Below are positions 25,964 through 37,932 of a DNA stretch of 64,000 nucleotides, in pieces. Positions within the stretch are counted from its first letter, which is position 1; each line of letters starts with the position of its first letter. The DNA is from Lama glama (Eukaryota). A program made the translations under genes and the position numbers. A model generated the notes under the pieces. The model was not told where the DNA came from. It made no database searches and was given only the letters and a program-made list of their open reading frames with translations. Location: contig CM052816.1 of the NCBI GenBank assembly GCA_028534125.1, positions 70,372,001-70,436,000 of the forward strand. Direction: 5' to 3'.

Positions 25964-27126
25964 GTAAACATTTGTAGAATGCATGTGATTAACAGTTCTT
26001 AATATTTAAAAATGTGTGAGTAAATGATAAAAGTTAAAAAAAAGTTAATTTTGATTTACATGCTTAATGTCAAAGGGTCGTTAGTTGTATTTTTCTGAAA
26101 CTACTCTTAAAAACTTAAATTCTAGTTTTTAAATGCAGAATTGCTTAAGAAAAGTTAAAGATATTTTACTGAAAAAACACAGTGAACTGAGATACTCTCA
26201 AAGAGACATGATTATATTTGCTTTTATAATTTACAAAATACTGAAAATGTAGATTTTTGCATCTTTATAACATTATATGAATTTGTTACAAATTCTGTTA
26301 AAAATGTGTTCTTTAAACTTTTATGTCCTGCCCCTTCTTTAGATAACTCAAAATAGAAATTTCTAAGATTGAAAGAAAATTGAAGGACAACAAATCTTAG
26401 CTGCTGCTAAATTTGAGTTTTTGCAATATTTGATTTTTTTCCTGGTTCTTGAAAATGTATAATTTTACTGCTGTTTTTTCTGTCTCAAGTCTTTTGTGGA
26501 ACAGAATATGAAAGTGGTTTATTTGAACGTATTCCATGAATATTAATAGTGTCACTCAAATCCCAGTGATGTGTAAAAGATAGTCTACAATGTATGTTCA
26601 AAAAGAAAACCATTCTTTCTTGGCTTCATGTCTTTTAAATTCTTAAAGTGCTCTGTTAATCAATGAAATGTGGTGGGGCTTCTGGCCTATTTTACCTTTA
26701 ATCATTTACCTACTGAGAGGCACCTGGTGCTTTGGAACCTTCCTAGGTACACTTAGTATGCTTGTTTACTAAAGAAAGCTCCTGGTAAAGGCAGGAGGTA
26801 CTAATTAAGAAGTTTTCCTTTTTTTTTCCTGACCTGGTCTGAATGTTGTCTCCAGTCTAGTATTTTTTTTGTTTGTTTCTTTAATTTCCCAAGACACATA
26901 GCATCCAATAAAGAGTTGTTAGCAGTTTACTGTGTTCTTTGTGGAGAATAAGTGTATTCTTTAGTGGATATATCTTTTCTCTGCAAAATATCAATTTGTT
27001 TAATTAGTAATTTTGTAGAAGATGCTTTATAAAGTAGTATTTGTGTAACTTTAGTTGCAGCTGAGAAGATTTGGGGTCTCACACAGCACTGCTGCATATA
27101 ATTATACTTTTTTTAAATTCCTTCAG

Positions 27127-27253
27127 GTTGGCTGATGTCAGAAATCAGGTGATATTTGCTGTCCGTCAAGAATATGTCGAGCTTGGAGATCAGCTCCTCC
27201 AGCTACAATCAGGAGACGAAATTGCCATTATCCCCCCCATTAGTGGAGGATAG
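27127..27253 (+). CDS. MOCS2: MOCS2A coding part of exon 3 to stop (LADVRNQVIFAVRQEYVELGDQLLQLQSGDEIAIIPPISGG*); small sulfur-carrier subunit, 88 aa in total
   Basis: Acceptor ttcag|G; C-terminal PPISGG thiocarboxylation motif; 18+122+127=267 nt open frame. Confidence 0.96.
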
Positions 27254-27271
27254 TGCTTTTGAGACACTTGG
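27174..27271 (+). CDS. MOCS2: MOCS2B first coding segment in exon 3, +1 frame overlapping MOCS2A (MSSLEISSSSYNQETKLPLSPPLVEDSAFETLG)
   Basis: ATG in context aatATGt; donor TGG|gtatgt; resembles the recalled human MSSLEISSS...PLSPPLVEDSAFE. Confidence 0.93.
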
Positions 27272-27569
27272 GTATGTGAGATACACTTTCCTTAACCAAT
27301 CTTGTGGAGAAGGATCATGTAGATGACAACTTTTAAATGGTTTGATTTAACTGTGTCCTCTTTGTAAGTCTGTCTGCACCAAATCTTATGAAAGCAGCAA
27401 CTCTTGCATTGATGCAGACAGACTTATACTCATCATCTCTTTATCAATTCTGTTGTAAACAGTTTAATGTCATTTTGATACATTCATTCTATTGATTTAT
27501 CATAGTTTATTGAGATTTTATTTCATGTCAGGCCCATTGCTGGACACTGGAGTGTTTAATATCTCTGTC

Positions 27570-27690
27570 TTGCAGAGGGGAAACTGAAATTCAGAGAAAT
27601 TAAAAAGCTCATCTGTGATCACATAGCTAACAAGTGGCAGAGCCAACATTTGAATTTGGATTATTGGACTCCATGCACTTTTTCACAAAT
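27570..27690. mobile_element. MIR SINE in MOCS2 intron 3
   Basis: cagaggggaaactgaaattcagagaaattaa...gatcacatagctaacaagtggcagagc. Confidence 0.7.
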
Positions 27691-29437
27691 ATGCTTGTTA
27701 ATATTGGGCACAGAGAAATGTAGAAAAATTGCATTACTAGAGAGTAAAAAGATCACCCTTCCTAAAAAGAAAGCTTACCATTTTCTAGGTATAAAGAGAC
27801 AGCTTTATTACAGCTATATTGCAAGTGACTCTAGAACCAATGTCATCTTTCCATATTTCCAAATAATGTAGTCCATATCTGAGTAAGGTACTGTACAAGA
27901 ACATTTCTCAGTGTGATCTGGAGAGACAGAATGAGGCTTTATTTGTGAACTGAGGAATAAATAATGTAGAAATTAACAACCATCCTCAATTAAAAACTCT
28001 TGGTAAGTTAGGAATGAAAGAAAACTTTCTTAATTTGATAGTGTTTTTCTCCAAAATCAAGAGAATGTATCATACTCAATGGGAAAACATTGATTTCATT
28101 AAAGAAAGAAACAAGCCAAAGATGCCTATTTATTTTTTTCACCTACTTTTTTCCCCTTACTCTCCTGGAGGGTAGTGCCCCAAAATATGAAGAATAAACA
28201 TCGCAAAGCAAATTGCCAAGAATGTTGATCGTGATTGGATTTTCTTAGTTCTACTGTTTGGAAATAATAGAATTCCTTGTTAGATATGTGTCTCAATTTT
28301 ATTTTGATTATAGAAAAGTGCTATTTTTTGGAGTTTGGAATTTATTCATAAGACAATGGGCTGCCATGGAAGGTGTGCGTGTGTGTCTGTGTGTGTGGTG
28401 ACTAGAGCTGTTCTTTGGGAAGACGACGATTACTCAACAGCATTGTGTATTATTTGAGTTTGATAGGATTTTAGAACCTATGTTCTTATAGCGTCAAGTT
28501 GTGAAACTCAGGGTGTGATGTTCGTAGACCATGTTTGTATTTACTGTATCATACTGCAAGAGAAAGAAGTAGAAGCAGCTTGGGTGGCATGTACAGGAGG
28601 TTGAAACATCCTGGAATCCACTGGCATATGAAAATTAGTCTTTTTTTTTTTTTTCTCCTGATAGCATGAGCCTCTTATCTTAACCACACTTCCCCAGCCC
28701 CCATTCTCTGTCTCAGAACCCTGTTTATTTCCATATGCTTTCCGTAATTGTAATTCCCATTTATTCCTTTGCTCTTTCTCCAGTGTAAGCACCCTGAGTG
28801 CAGAAGCCAGGTCTTTTGTTCCCTGGTCTATATCCAGCGCAGGGGATCCAGTTTCTGACCCTTAGTGAGTCTGTTATAAATGCTGATGAATGAAATGACA
28901 AATGCATGGCAAAGGACTTTTACAGCATCTGGTGAAGAGGCATGCAGTCCATTCCCTTATTTCCTCAATTACCTAACTGAGCTTATGTCTGATAGTGAAA
29001 TAAACCTAGTTCCTGTGGAGTCACCATCATTTCTGCTCTCTCTCCTTTTTAGATAAAGAAAAAGGCAATTCTGGGTGTGGTGCATGGTAATATAGGTGTT
29101 AGAGGTGATGTGCATGTGGATGAAGGTGTCACATCTGAACAGGAGGTTAAGAGTAGCAATTCCAGAATTTGGAATACATTGGCATATGAGGTAGATTACA
29201 TTTTAAGTGGTCATGTTAGTAGTGAATTCCTTTTTTATCATGCTTGATTCACTAGGGATATTTGTGAAATTACTGAGTTCTGCTAAAATTTTACACTTGC
29301 TTGTTTTTATCATTCAGATCAAATCATGCCTCCTAACACATCTAATGCAGAAAAAAATATAAATTGAAACACAGCCTATAAGTGGAGTGTTCTGCCTCTG
29401 GTACCAATATTTAAGTTTCTTACTATCTTATTTCTAG

Positions 29438-29565
29438 GAAAGATGTGAATGAAGTTGAAGGGAAATCTAAAGACATAATAAAACTCACATCTGAGAAGCT
29501 TTCCATAGATGAAGTCTCACGGCTGGTGATTTCTCCACTCTGTGGTGCAATATCCCTATTTGTAG
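29438..29565 (+). CDS. MOCS2: MOCS2B exon 4 (KDVNEVEGKSKDIIKLTSEKLSIDEVSRLVISPLCGAISLFVG)
   Basis: Acceptor ttctag|G and donor TAG|gtgagt; 128 nt; MoaE motif CGAISLFVG. Confidence 0.96.
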
Positions 29566-30150
29566 GTGAGTTGCAGTTTTTACAGCACCTATTGACTATA
29601 CAAGACAATAGAAATTATCAAGTGTTTCTCATGTTCAGTTTTAATAGAGGATTTTAAGATACTGAGCAGTAAGCCACGATGACCCATGGTAGTGAGTAGA
29701 AATTTTTTAGTTCTTGTTTTGTTTTAGTAATCTTCAAATTAACCTATGTTAAAGGCGAAGGAAAAAAAAGTGGGATAATAGTCATTATTAGCAGAGAGAA
29801 TTCTGTATTTTCCAAATATTGAGAGGAAAGAAATGGTGAAGATAGTATCTTAATGATAATCCTGAGAAGATAGTTTTCCTTTTAAGGGTCAAGTGCTAAT
29901 TGTTAGAGTACTTACTGGTTTGTTGTATGAATGTTTTCAGTAAGCTTGGCGGATCAGTGTCATTTTACTTCCTTATCTTTGTGATAATTACCTTTTGATT
30001 TTCTAATCAAGTTTTTGTCTTCAGAAGATTTCAAAGTAATTTTTAGACAATTAGTATGCTACTTGTCTATTCAAAAATAATCCTTTTTTATTCTGTTAGT
30101 GTGCATTTCTGTTTTAAGGAGAAATTTTAATAGTAATTTTTTTTTTTTAG

Positions 30151-30301
30151 GGATTACAAGGAATAACTTTGAAGGGAAGAAAGTCATTAGCTTAGAATAT
30201 GAAGCATATCTACCAATGGCGGAAAATGAAATCAGAAAAATTTGTATTGACATTAGGCAAAAATGGCCAGTCAGACACATAGCAGTATTCCATCGACTTG
30301 G
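30151..30301 (+). CDS. MOCS2: MOCS2B exon 5 ([50 protein letters not shown])
   Basis: Poly-T acceptor ag|GG and donor TGG|gtatga; 151 nt; MoaE motifs LEYEAY and HRLG. Confidence 0.96.
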
Positions 30302-31194
30302 GTATGATTCCCTTTATCAATTTAAAAGTTAAGCATAGTTGTTTTCCACTTTTATACTAATTCTGATTCTAGAATCTTTCATTGGCATCCTGCACTACCC
30401 TGGGAGGGAGATTTGTGTATTCTGGCAGAGGGTACCTTTTAGGCTGCTTGTTACGTTGTAGTATTTGGAGAGTGGCTGATGCTGGAACAAAGTCCAAACG
30501 TGCAAGACTCAGGCTCTGTGCCCAACAGCCTGGGCTGATATGTGCTAAAGGCCCTGAGGCCCCTTTCAGAACTATTTTGTTGTCTGGACTCTGTTTAAAT
30601 GACAGTCTCTTAAGAGAATTTTTTTATATAAATGCCTTTTAAGGTCCTTAAATTAGTTTGCCTTTTTGTACCACAAAGAAGAGTGGCGTTCCATACTTTG
30701 AAAACAACCTCACAATTGAGACTAAATTTATCGTCTATTAGTTATTATTTTATTAGTAAGTGTAATTTTAAAAATAATGTTAATAATTCTGTTATTTACT
30801 ATTTATTGCTATTTAATATTTTAAATTCTCTGTTGTATTCATCCTGGGATAACTTTGTATCTTTCGACATTACCTGGCACTGTGCCTCGTTTGTTTGAAT
30901 CAGGTATTTATTTGTTGAATCAGTGAAAGTTGCCTTTCTCCTTGGTGCCCATCAAATAAATTTAGTGAGTAGCTGTTAACAAGTTAGTCACAGCCTCGAC
31001 CTCCCCTCTGCCAAAAGCAACTGGGATGAATTAATGTTTTATACTAAATGGGATGTTTCAGTAAAACAGAACTGAGTGTTTGGTTCCAGGGATGCTTCAC
31101 TGGAAATTCCCCCCTCCCCATGTATCTAATAGTAGATTCTTTAACAAGTATCCTCAGAGGAGATGATGAATTTTTTTTCTTTGTTTTGCTAAAG

Positions 31195-31318
31195 CTTAGT
31201 TCCAGTGTCGGAAGCAAGCATTGTCATTGCTGTGTCCTCAGCCCACAGGGCTGCAGCCCTCGAAGCTGTGAGCTATGCCATTGATACTTTAAAAGCCAGG
31301 GTGCCCATATGGAAGAAG
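31195..31318 (+). CDS. MOCS2: MOCS2B exon 6 ([41 protein letters not shown])
   Basis: Acceptor ctaaag|C and donor AAG|gtaagt; 124 nt; MoaE motifs SAHR and PIWKK. Confidence 0.96.
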
Positions 31319-33183
31319 GTAAGTCCAGACCATCTCTGATTTTGCCTTTGGGCATGATTTTTCTCAGGAATTTTTAAAGGCTAAGGAAGAAGAGTACATA
31401 CAGAATTTGTATTCATGGGCCTTCATTGACTTTGTAGAACCTTGTTTTTTTAATCTGTGAAATAAGATGTCTGTGTAATAATCTACTTTTGAAGGTTGTT
31501 AAGCATGAAAAATACGTGCCCCAAAGAATGCATGGTGCGGAGTAGACCACAAGTGGTAACAGAATTCCTCGTCTGGGCCATTCCGGTGGTTCATATATGA
31601 AGTAATACTTAGATTAGAATTCCCTTCAGTTAGAGGGTCTTTCCTTTGGAGAGTGGGAATAATGTGTGGCTATTTAAACAGTGGCTAAAATAGGGGTTCC
31701 TCAGGATAAAAGAGCATTCTGGAGCTCCCTCATCTTTGGAAGAGAAAAGGATAGGATATTGCCTCCTTGGAGAACATGCATAGTGAGTGGATTTAAAAGC
31801 CTGAATTGGAAATTCTAGCTTATTTTCTGTCCGTACGTGAAACCCATCAATAAAAGCAAACAATTCTCTGGTTAAATAGAACATTCTGAAGAGGTGAAAA
31901 GGCCCAGCTCCCTAATTTCTTTCCTGGTGTGCTAACCTCCACAGTGGCATTGCTCTGTACTCTCAGACATGTGTAGTGACCTTTAAGAGCCTAGAACTGC
32001 CTGCAGCTTTGTGGCTGAGAGCAAGGCTGAGGAAGGCATTCACCGCCCAGTAGAGCAGAAGGCCAGGAGCTGAGGCCAGAGGGCGAGTCCTTCCTAGGAG
32101 CCTCTTGGCCTCAGGCAGTGGTGCAGTGAGCATATTGGACTCTGAACCACTGTGACATTTAGTGACCATATTTACTGAATAAAAATTGAAACCCACTGAA
32201 ACTCAGGTATCTGGCTGATTTGCTGTGAACAGGGCGGCCACAGTTTTGATGGAACATGAGACAGGCCCCTGGAAAGAGCCAGGCACGGAGAGCATTCCAG
32301 AATGAGCTGTGAGCCTGGCTGACAGCAGTGGCTTTCTTTCCCCGAGAGGAAAGAATGAACAGTCAGCTGACAAAATAGATGAGAGGGAACCCCCTTTACC
32401 CCTAAATAAGGCAGTGGGCAGGAGTTGGGGCACGCTCTCGTTTTTATGCTTGAGGACCAGCTGGGCTTTCTATTTCCTTTTCTATCCGTAGAGGGTGGGA
32501 GGGTGTACAGGTGTTCAGAGGACAGTTGAATTAGGATTTCTACTCCTACAGAAACAGAATCTGACTAGAGAGGGGGAAGAGAAAACGATGATTCTTATTC
32601 CCCTTCCTCCCCAGGTTAGCTGAATCCTAGTCTGGTTCTGGTCTCAGCCTGTGCTTTAGATCATCTGTGATACAGGCCAGGGGTGGACAGGGGGCTAGGG
32701 CACATACAGAGCGTTTGTCCCCAGAACGCAGCGCAGACCCATTTAAGAACCTCTGTGGCAGTTTCTTAATTTCACAGCTAATAGAAATGTCCTTCCTGCC
32801 TTTGGAAAAGCATGTTTAGAAATAGTAGGAGTGTTTGAAAAGAAAAAAAGGTTTAAAGACCTTCCATCTTCCCTGTATAACCTTTGCCAGGCTGTCTCCT
32901 GTCTTGGTCCTGAGTGGAATTAATTGTGTATTCCTTTCTGTGGTTGCCCCTTGTCTTGTTAAGGCTTCTCTTCTGTCATTTCTCCTACCGGACTGAGTCC
33001 TTGCATGTAGGGAACATGCTTATTCATTTTTCTGCTCTCAATGCCTTATGCAAATAGCCATTGGATTGTTAAAAGAGCAACAGATTTAAATAGTTGTGAT
33101 ACTCATTTTCATGATTTATTCAAATATACTTGCATTTATTAAAATACTCTCTTTTGAACTTTTGTTATGGCTCTGTTTTTTAG

Positions 33184-33252
33184 GAAATGTATGAAGAATC
33201 ATCATCATCTTGGAAAAGAAACAAAGAATGCTTTTGGGCAACCAGTGATTAA
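33184..33252 (+). CDS. MOCS2: MOCS2B last coding exon (EMYEESSSSWKRNKECFWATSD*); catalytic large subunit, 189 aa in total
   Basis: Acceptor ttttag|GAA; TAA stop; completes the PIWKKE motif in phase 0. Confidence 0.95.
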   Translation, partial: EMYEESSSSWKRNKECFWATSD

Positions 33253-33383
33253 ATCATTTATGGTTTTTAGAGTCCTAAGATCTTATTTTGATAAATTTTT
33301 ATCTTTGATCACGTTTTGATTTTTCTTCTCCAGAAAATAGTGTACTGATACGTAAATGAGTGGAAAAAAAGAGAGAAAAGTAA

Positions 33384-34072
33384 AATAAAGTGTGTTTAGA
33401 ATGAGGGCTTATATGGGAACTAGAGACAGAGGAAGGACTTTAGGAAAAGAATGGAAGAATAATTTAAGTTTGAGGAAGGATACTTGTGGTAGGCATATTA
33501 TTCCATGACTAAGTTCTGATTGTAACTTACACTGAAGTGTGGCCCCCTTCTCAGTGACTGTGTCTCAGAGGATGCCCCCAGCCCCTCGCCCCTATACCCA
33601 GTGATGTCATTGTTATCAGGGGTGCATTATAGGAATATTGGCAGAACTGGAAGTTACAAAGGTCTTTACCAGACACTCTTGATATGATGTATTTTTAGAA
33701 TCTATGTATTTTAAAAATAAGCTAAATAAACACATGATTTTAAAGTTTAAAAGCTGTATTTACCTATTTTTAAAAATTCAGTAATAGCTATTTCAAAATA
33801 TGGAGATTTCTATTATTTCAGAATGTGTAATCTTACCATAATACCTACTGTATTTCGTTAGTTATTAGTATTGTATCAATACATGAATTAGCTGAAAATT
33901 GTAAAACCAGGCAAACTAACTAGCAACAAGGATGCTTTGTGCTATAATGTTAGTTATAAAATTGGATCCACAATCAACTGAAAGGGAAAATTATATAATT
34001 ATTTAGTAAAAGCATTTTCAGATCATTTTTAATTGCTCAAGTAACCTTGTCATTAGTGAAGTTGTTAATAAA
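33384..34072 (+). terminator. Candidate MOCS2 polyadenylation signals (AATAAA at 33384, 33725, 34067)
   Basis: Canonical hexamers downstream of the stop; which one is used cannot be told from sequence. Confidence 0.5.
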
Positions 34073-34174
34073 GCTGTGCTTTCTGGAATCTTTATACTAA
34101 ACAATGGTCCAATTTTTGTGTGGACAATTTATATGCTATTTTGATAGATCTTAGTATATAAATTCCATACAGTT

Positions 34175-35010
34175 TGTTTTGTAATTGACATATAGTGGAT
34201 TTACAATATTGTGTTAGTTTCTGGTGTACAACACAGTGATTTGGGGGTTTTTTGGCAGATTATATTCCGTTATAGGTTTTTACAAGATACTGGGCGTAAT
34301 TCCCCATTCTATGCAGTAATTCCTTGTTGCTTATCTGTGTTATGTATAGTAGTTTGTATCTGTTAATCCCATACTCCTAATTTGTCCCTCCCTGCTCCCT
34401 CTTCACTTTGGTAACCATAAGTTTACTTTCTATGTCTATGAGTCTGTCTCTGTTTTTAGAGATTTATTTGTATTATTTTTTAGATTCCATGTGTAAGTGG
34501 TATCATATAGTATTTTTCTTTCTCTGACTTATTTCACTAAGCATGATATTCTGTAGGTCCATCCATGTTGCTGCAAATGGCAATATTTCATTCTTTTTTA
34601 TGGCCGAGTAATATTCCAGTTGTGTGTATTTGTGTATATAATTATACACATATCTTAAGCCAGTTATCTTTGATGGGCACTTGGGTTGCTTCCGTGTCTT
34701 GGCTAGTTTAAGTAGTATGGCTGTGAACATTGGAGTGCATGTATCTTTTTGAATTAGAATTTTTGTGTTTTCTGGGTATATACCCAAGGGTGGAATTGCT
34801 GGATCATATGGTGGTTCTATTTTTAGTTTTTTAAGAAACCTCTATACTGTTTTCCATAATGTCTGCACCAATTTACATTTCCATCATTAGTGTACAAGGG
34901 TTCCCTTTTCTCCACATCCTTTTCAGCATGTATTATTTCTAGACATTTTGATGATAGTTGGTTTGGACTGGTGTGAGGTGATTACTTCCTGTGGTTTTAA
35001 TTTGCATTTC
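34175..35010 (-). mobile_element. L1 3' fragment (end of ORF2 plus 3' UTR)
   Basis: ORF 34503-34787 has GIYPE..KDTCTPMF..EYYSAIKKNEILPFAATWMDL. Confidence 0.93.
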
Positions 35011-35014
35011 TCTT

Positions 35015-35125
35015 GTTTGTTTTCTGAGGGGGAGGTAATTAGGTTTTTCATTGGTTTCCGCTTTGAGGAGGTACTGGGGATTGAACCCGGGACCTCTTGC
35101 GTGCTGAGCATGCGCTCTACCACTT
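35015..35125 (-). mobile_element. tRNA-derived SINE, camelid vic-1-like, 5'-truncated
   Basis: Reverse complement AAGTGGTAGAGCGCATGCTCAGCACGCAAGAGGTCCCGGGTTCAATCCCCAGTACCTCC...AAACCTAATTACCTCCCCC: partial A box, B box and non-tRNA tail. Confidence 0.8.
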
Positions 35126-35129
35126 CCTT

Positions 35130-35352
35130 CTAGCCTGTAGTTTCCACAGAGAAATCAGGTAATAACCTTACAGGGGTTCCCTTGTAAAGGATCCTTTGTT
35201 TTTTCTCTTGCTACCTTTAGAATCCTCATTTTAACTTTTGCCATTTTAATTATGATATGTCTTGGTATGCGTCTCTTTGGGCTCATCCTGTTTGGGACCC
35301 TCTGTGCTTCCTGTACCTGAATATCTGTTTCCTTTTTTAGGTTTGGGATGTT
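35130..35352 (-). mobile_element. L1 ORF1 fragment
   Basis: ENIPNLKKETDIQVQEAQRVPNRMSPKRRIPRHIIIKM is L1 ORF1p-like. Confidence 0.85.
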
Positions 35353-35354
35353 TT

Positions 35355-35497
35355 CGAAGATAAGACATGACACCATAAAACTCCTAGAAAAGAACATCGG
35401 TGAAACATTCCTTGACATAGATTTGAGCAATATTTTCTTAGATCAATCTCCCAAGGCAAAAGAAATGAAAAGAAAAAATAAACAAATGGGACCTAAC
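35355..35497 (+). mobile_element. L1 ORF2 fragment in inverted orientation
   Basis: IRHDTIKLLEKNIGETFLDI...FLDQSPKAKE is L1 ORF2p-like. Confidence 0.85.
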
Positions 35498-37143
35498 GAA
35501 ACATTAGTGAAACACTTTTTACCTGAGGAATTTATTTATTCAAATCTTGAGTGCCTGTTCTGTGCTGGGCACCACCAGTGGTCCTTGTCCACCATCTTTA
35601 TGGACCATGGGGAAGGTCCTGTGTCCTGGCTTTGGCTGGGACCTATGGGACAGCCATGTAGACATTAGGAATCTCCTCTGCTTCTTTGGTGCTTATTCCT
35701 TACCTGTCCAGAAGTTGGGCCACAAGGATCTTGGGAAGGCAGACAAATCCTCCACCAGCTATTTCTCTGCTGTGGTGTCTGGCCTCAGCTTTACCCTCTC
35801 TGAATTCAGTGCCTCCCTCTCCCTTCCACCAAACTATCCTGCTCCCATTTGAGAACAGGGGCTGGTGATTGGACAAGAGTCAGTTGCATTCTGTCTGAAA
35901 GCACGTTATCATTAGGTTCCTGGGCCACCAAGTGTTCCTAGGATTTTGTACCTATGTGTTAGTATGATATTTGTTTATTATGTCATATATGTTCCTCTGA
36001 GATATGTGTGGATTTCAGGATTTTCCTTGGCAGATATTTCTCCAGAGGGTCTTTATTGATGGTAGTTACATTTTTAAAGAATATGACTTTCTTTAAGCAT
36101 TTTTTTTAAAGAATCGTGCCTTCATTAAGTTGGGTTTGTTTTAAATTAAGAACACAAACTGTTATGCTTTTCAGTCTGCAATACAAAGGTTAAGGAGTTA
36201 ATCTGGGGCATGCTGAAATTGGGATGGGACATCTCTGATGAAAGCTTTTAGTTCATTGCAGTAGGACTTAAATGGGGTCTTTGTTGATCCTGACTTTCCT
36301 GGGAGTGGCAGAGTTAATTGGTGGTGAGACAGTAAGGGGCTAGCATCACTCTGACACAGCCTTTCTAGATCTGTAACTTGGCTGCTTAAGGAATCAAGTG
36401 AGTAACCTAAGAAAAATAAGCCTTTAAGTGGATTGTAAGGTTTAAAAAGTCGCTTCGGAACTGTGGCTCTGTATGACAGCATAGGTAAGTCCACTCAAGA
36501 AGTAGGAAATTCAGATGACTTGCGTTTCAAGTTTTTCAACAGGTAGTAAAATGGAAAGAATTTTATCTTTGAATGAAAGTAACAACAGATAATCAACATG
36601 ATATATTTCATGGTTTTGTGGATATTTTTGTCCTTTGGATATGATGTTGAGTCACAGTACATTTTCAGTATGTTTTGAGAAATAGTGATTAAGAAACCAG
36701 AAGTTTGAGTGTGGATCTTAGATCCCTGAATGACCTTTTGGAGGATTAGAAGATGAGACCTGGGTATCTCTTGAATCCAGCCCTGCCCTTGCCCTTGCCC
36801 TTCTCTCTTCCTCTCTTTATTTAACTTTATAATGTGTGAATGGAATTGCTTGATACAGTCAGAATTCAGCTGGAGTGATATGTCTAGGGGAAAAAAAGTG
36901 TATTCTAAATTATCTAGAAAGAGTGCTATGAAATCTAAAGCTGATTTTAACATGTTCTAAAGTGTAGCTATGATTTGATTTACATACATTTTTGCTTGCT
37001 ATAATTTATTAAATATTTTGACTTTTCTTCCTTTACTCCCTTAGTTTTCAGCTTATTATGAAAAGTATAAAAAGGAATGCCAAATATTTCTCCCTTTAAT
37101 TCACATCTCTCACTGACAATTTGGAATTCATGATGTTGACAGG

Positions 37144-37858
37144 TTTTTTTTTTTTAATTGAAGTATAGTCAGTTACAGTGTGTCAGTTTCTGGTGTACAG
37201 CGTAATGTCCTCATCATGCATATATATACATATATTTGTTTCCATATTTTTCATTAAAGGTTATTATAAGATATTGAATATAGTTTCCTGTGCTATACAG
37301 AAGAAATTTGTTTTTTATCTATTTTTATATATAGTGGTTAACCTTTTCAAATCTCAAACTCCCAAATTTATCCCTTCCCACCTGCTTTCCTCCGGTAACC
37401 ATAAAATTGTTTTACTATGTCTGTGAGTCTGTTTCTGTTTAGTAGATGCATTCATTAGTGTCCTCTTTTTCCTTTTTTTTTTTTTATTTTTATTAGAGTC
37501 CACATATGAGTGATATCATGGTATTTTTCTCTTTCTGGCTTACTTCACTTAGAATGATGATCTCCAGGTCCATCCATGTTGCTGTAAATGGCATTATTTT
37601 ATTATTTTATTTTTTATAGCTGAGTAGTATTCCATTGTATATATATACCACAGCTTCTTTATCCAGTCATCTGCTGATGGATATTTAAGTTGCTTCCATG
37701 TCTTGGTTATTGTATATAGTGCTGCTGTAAACATTGGGGTGCATGTATCTTTTCAAATTAAATTCCTTCCGGATATATGCACAGGAGTGGGATTGCTGGA
37801 CCATATGGTAAGTCTGTTTTTAATTTTTTTAGGAATCTCCATACTGTTTTCCATAATG
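37144..37858 (-). mobile_element. L1 3' fragment with poly(A) tail
   Basis: T-run then aattgaagtatagtcagttaca; tccatccatgttgctgtaaatggc; gattgctggaccatatggtaag. Confidence 0.92.
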
Positions 37859-37918
37859 ACAATCCATCTGTCACTTCTCTTGAGGCAATAATTTGTGTGA
37901 TGTAGTTAGGTAGCTCAT

Positions 37919-37932
37919 CCAGCAGAGGGCGG
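37919..37932 (+). promoter_or_regulatory. CTCF core motif candidate (CCAGCAGAGGGCGG) between the MOCS2 and ITGA2 3' ends
   Basis: 14/14 match to CCASYAGRKGGCRS. Confidence 0.55.

Noticed and set aside
35050..35125. tRNA-like sequence (TGGTAGAGC...GGTTCAATCCC)
   Set aside because: Lacks the 5' acceptor stem and carries a SINE tail, so it is a SINE and not a tRNA gene
36198..36953. Adjacent minus-strand ORFs (98 aa and 152 aa) between the two genes
   Set aside because: No recognisable homology; includes a simple (CCCTTG)n repeat; no splice or promoter support
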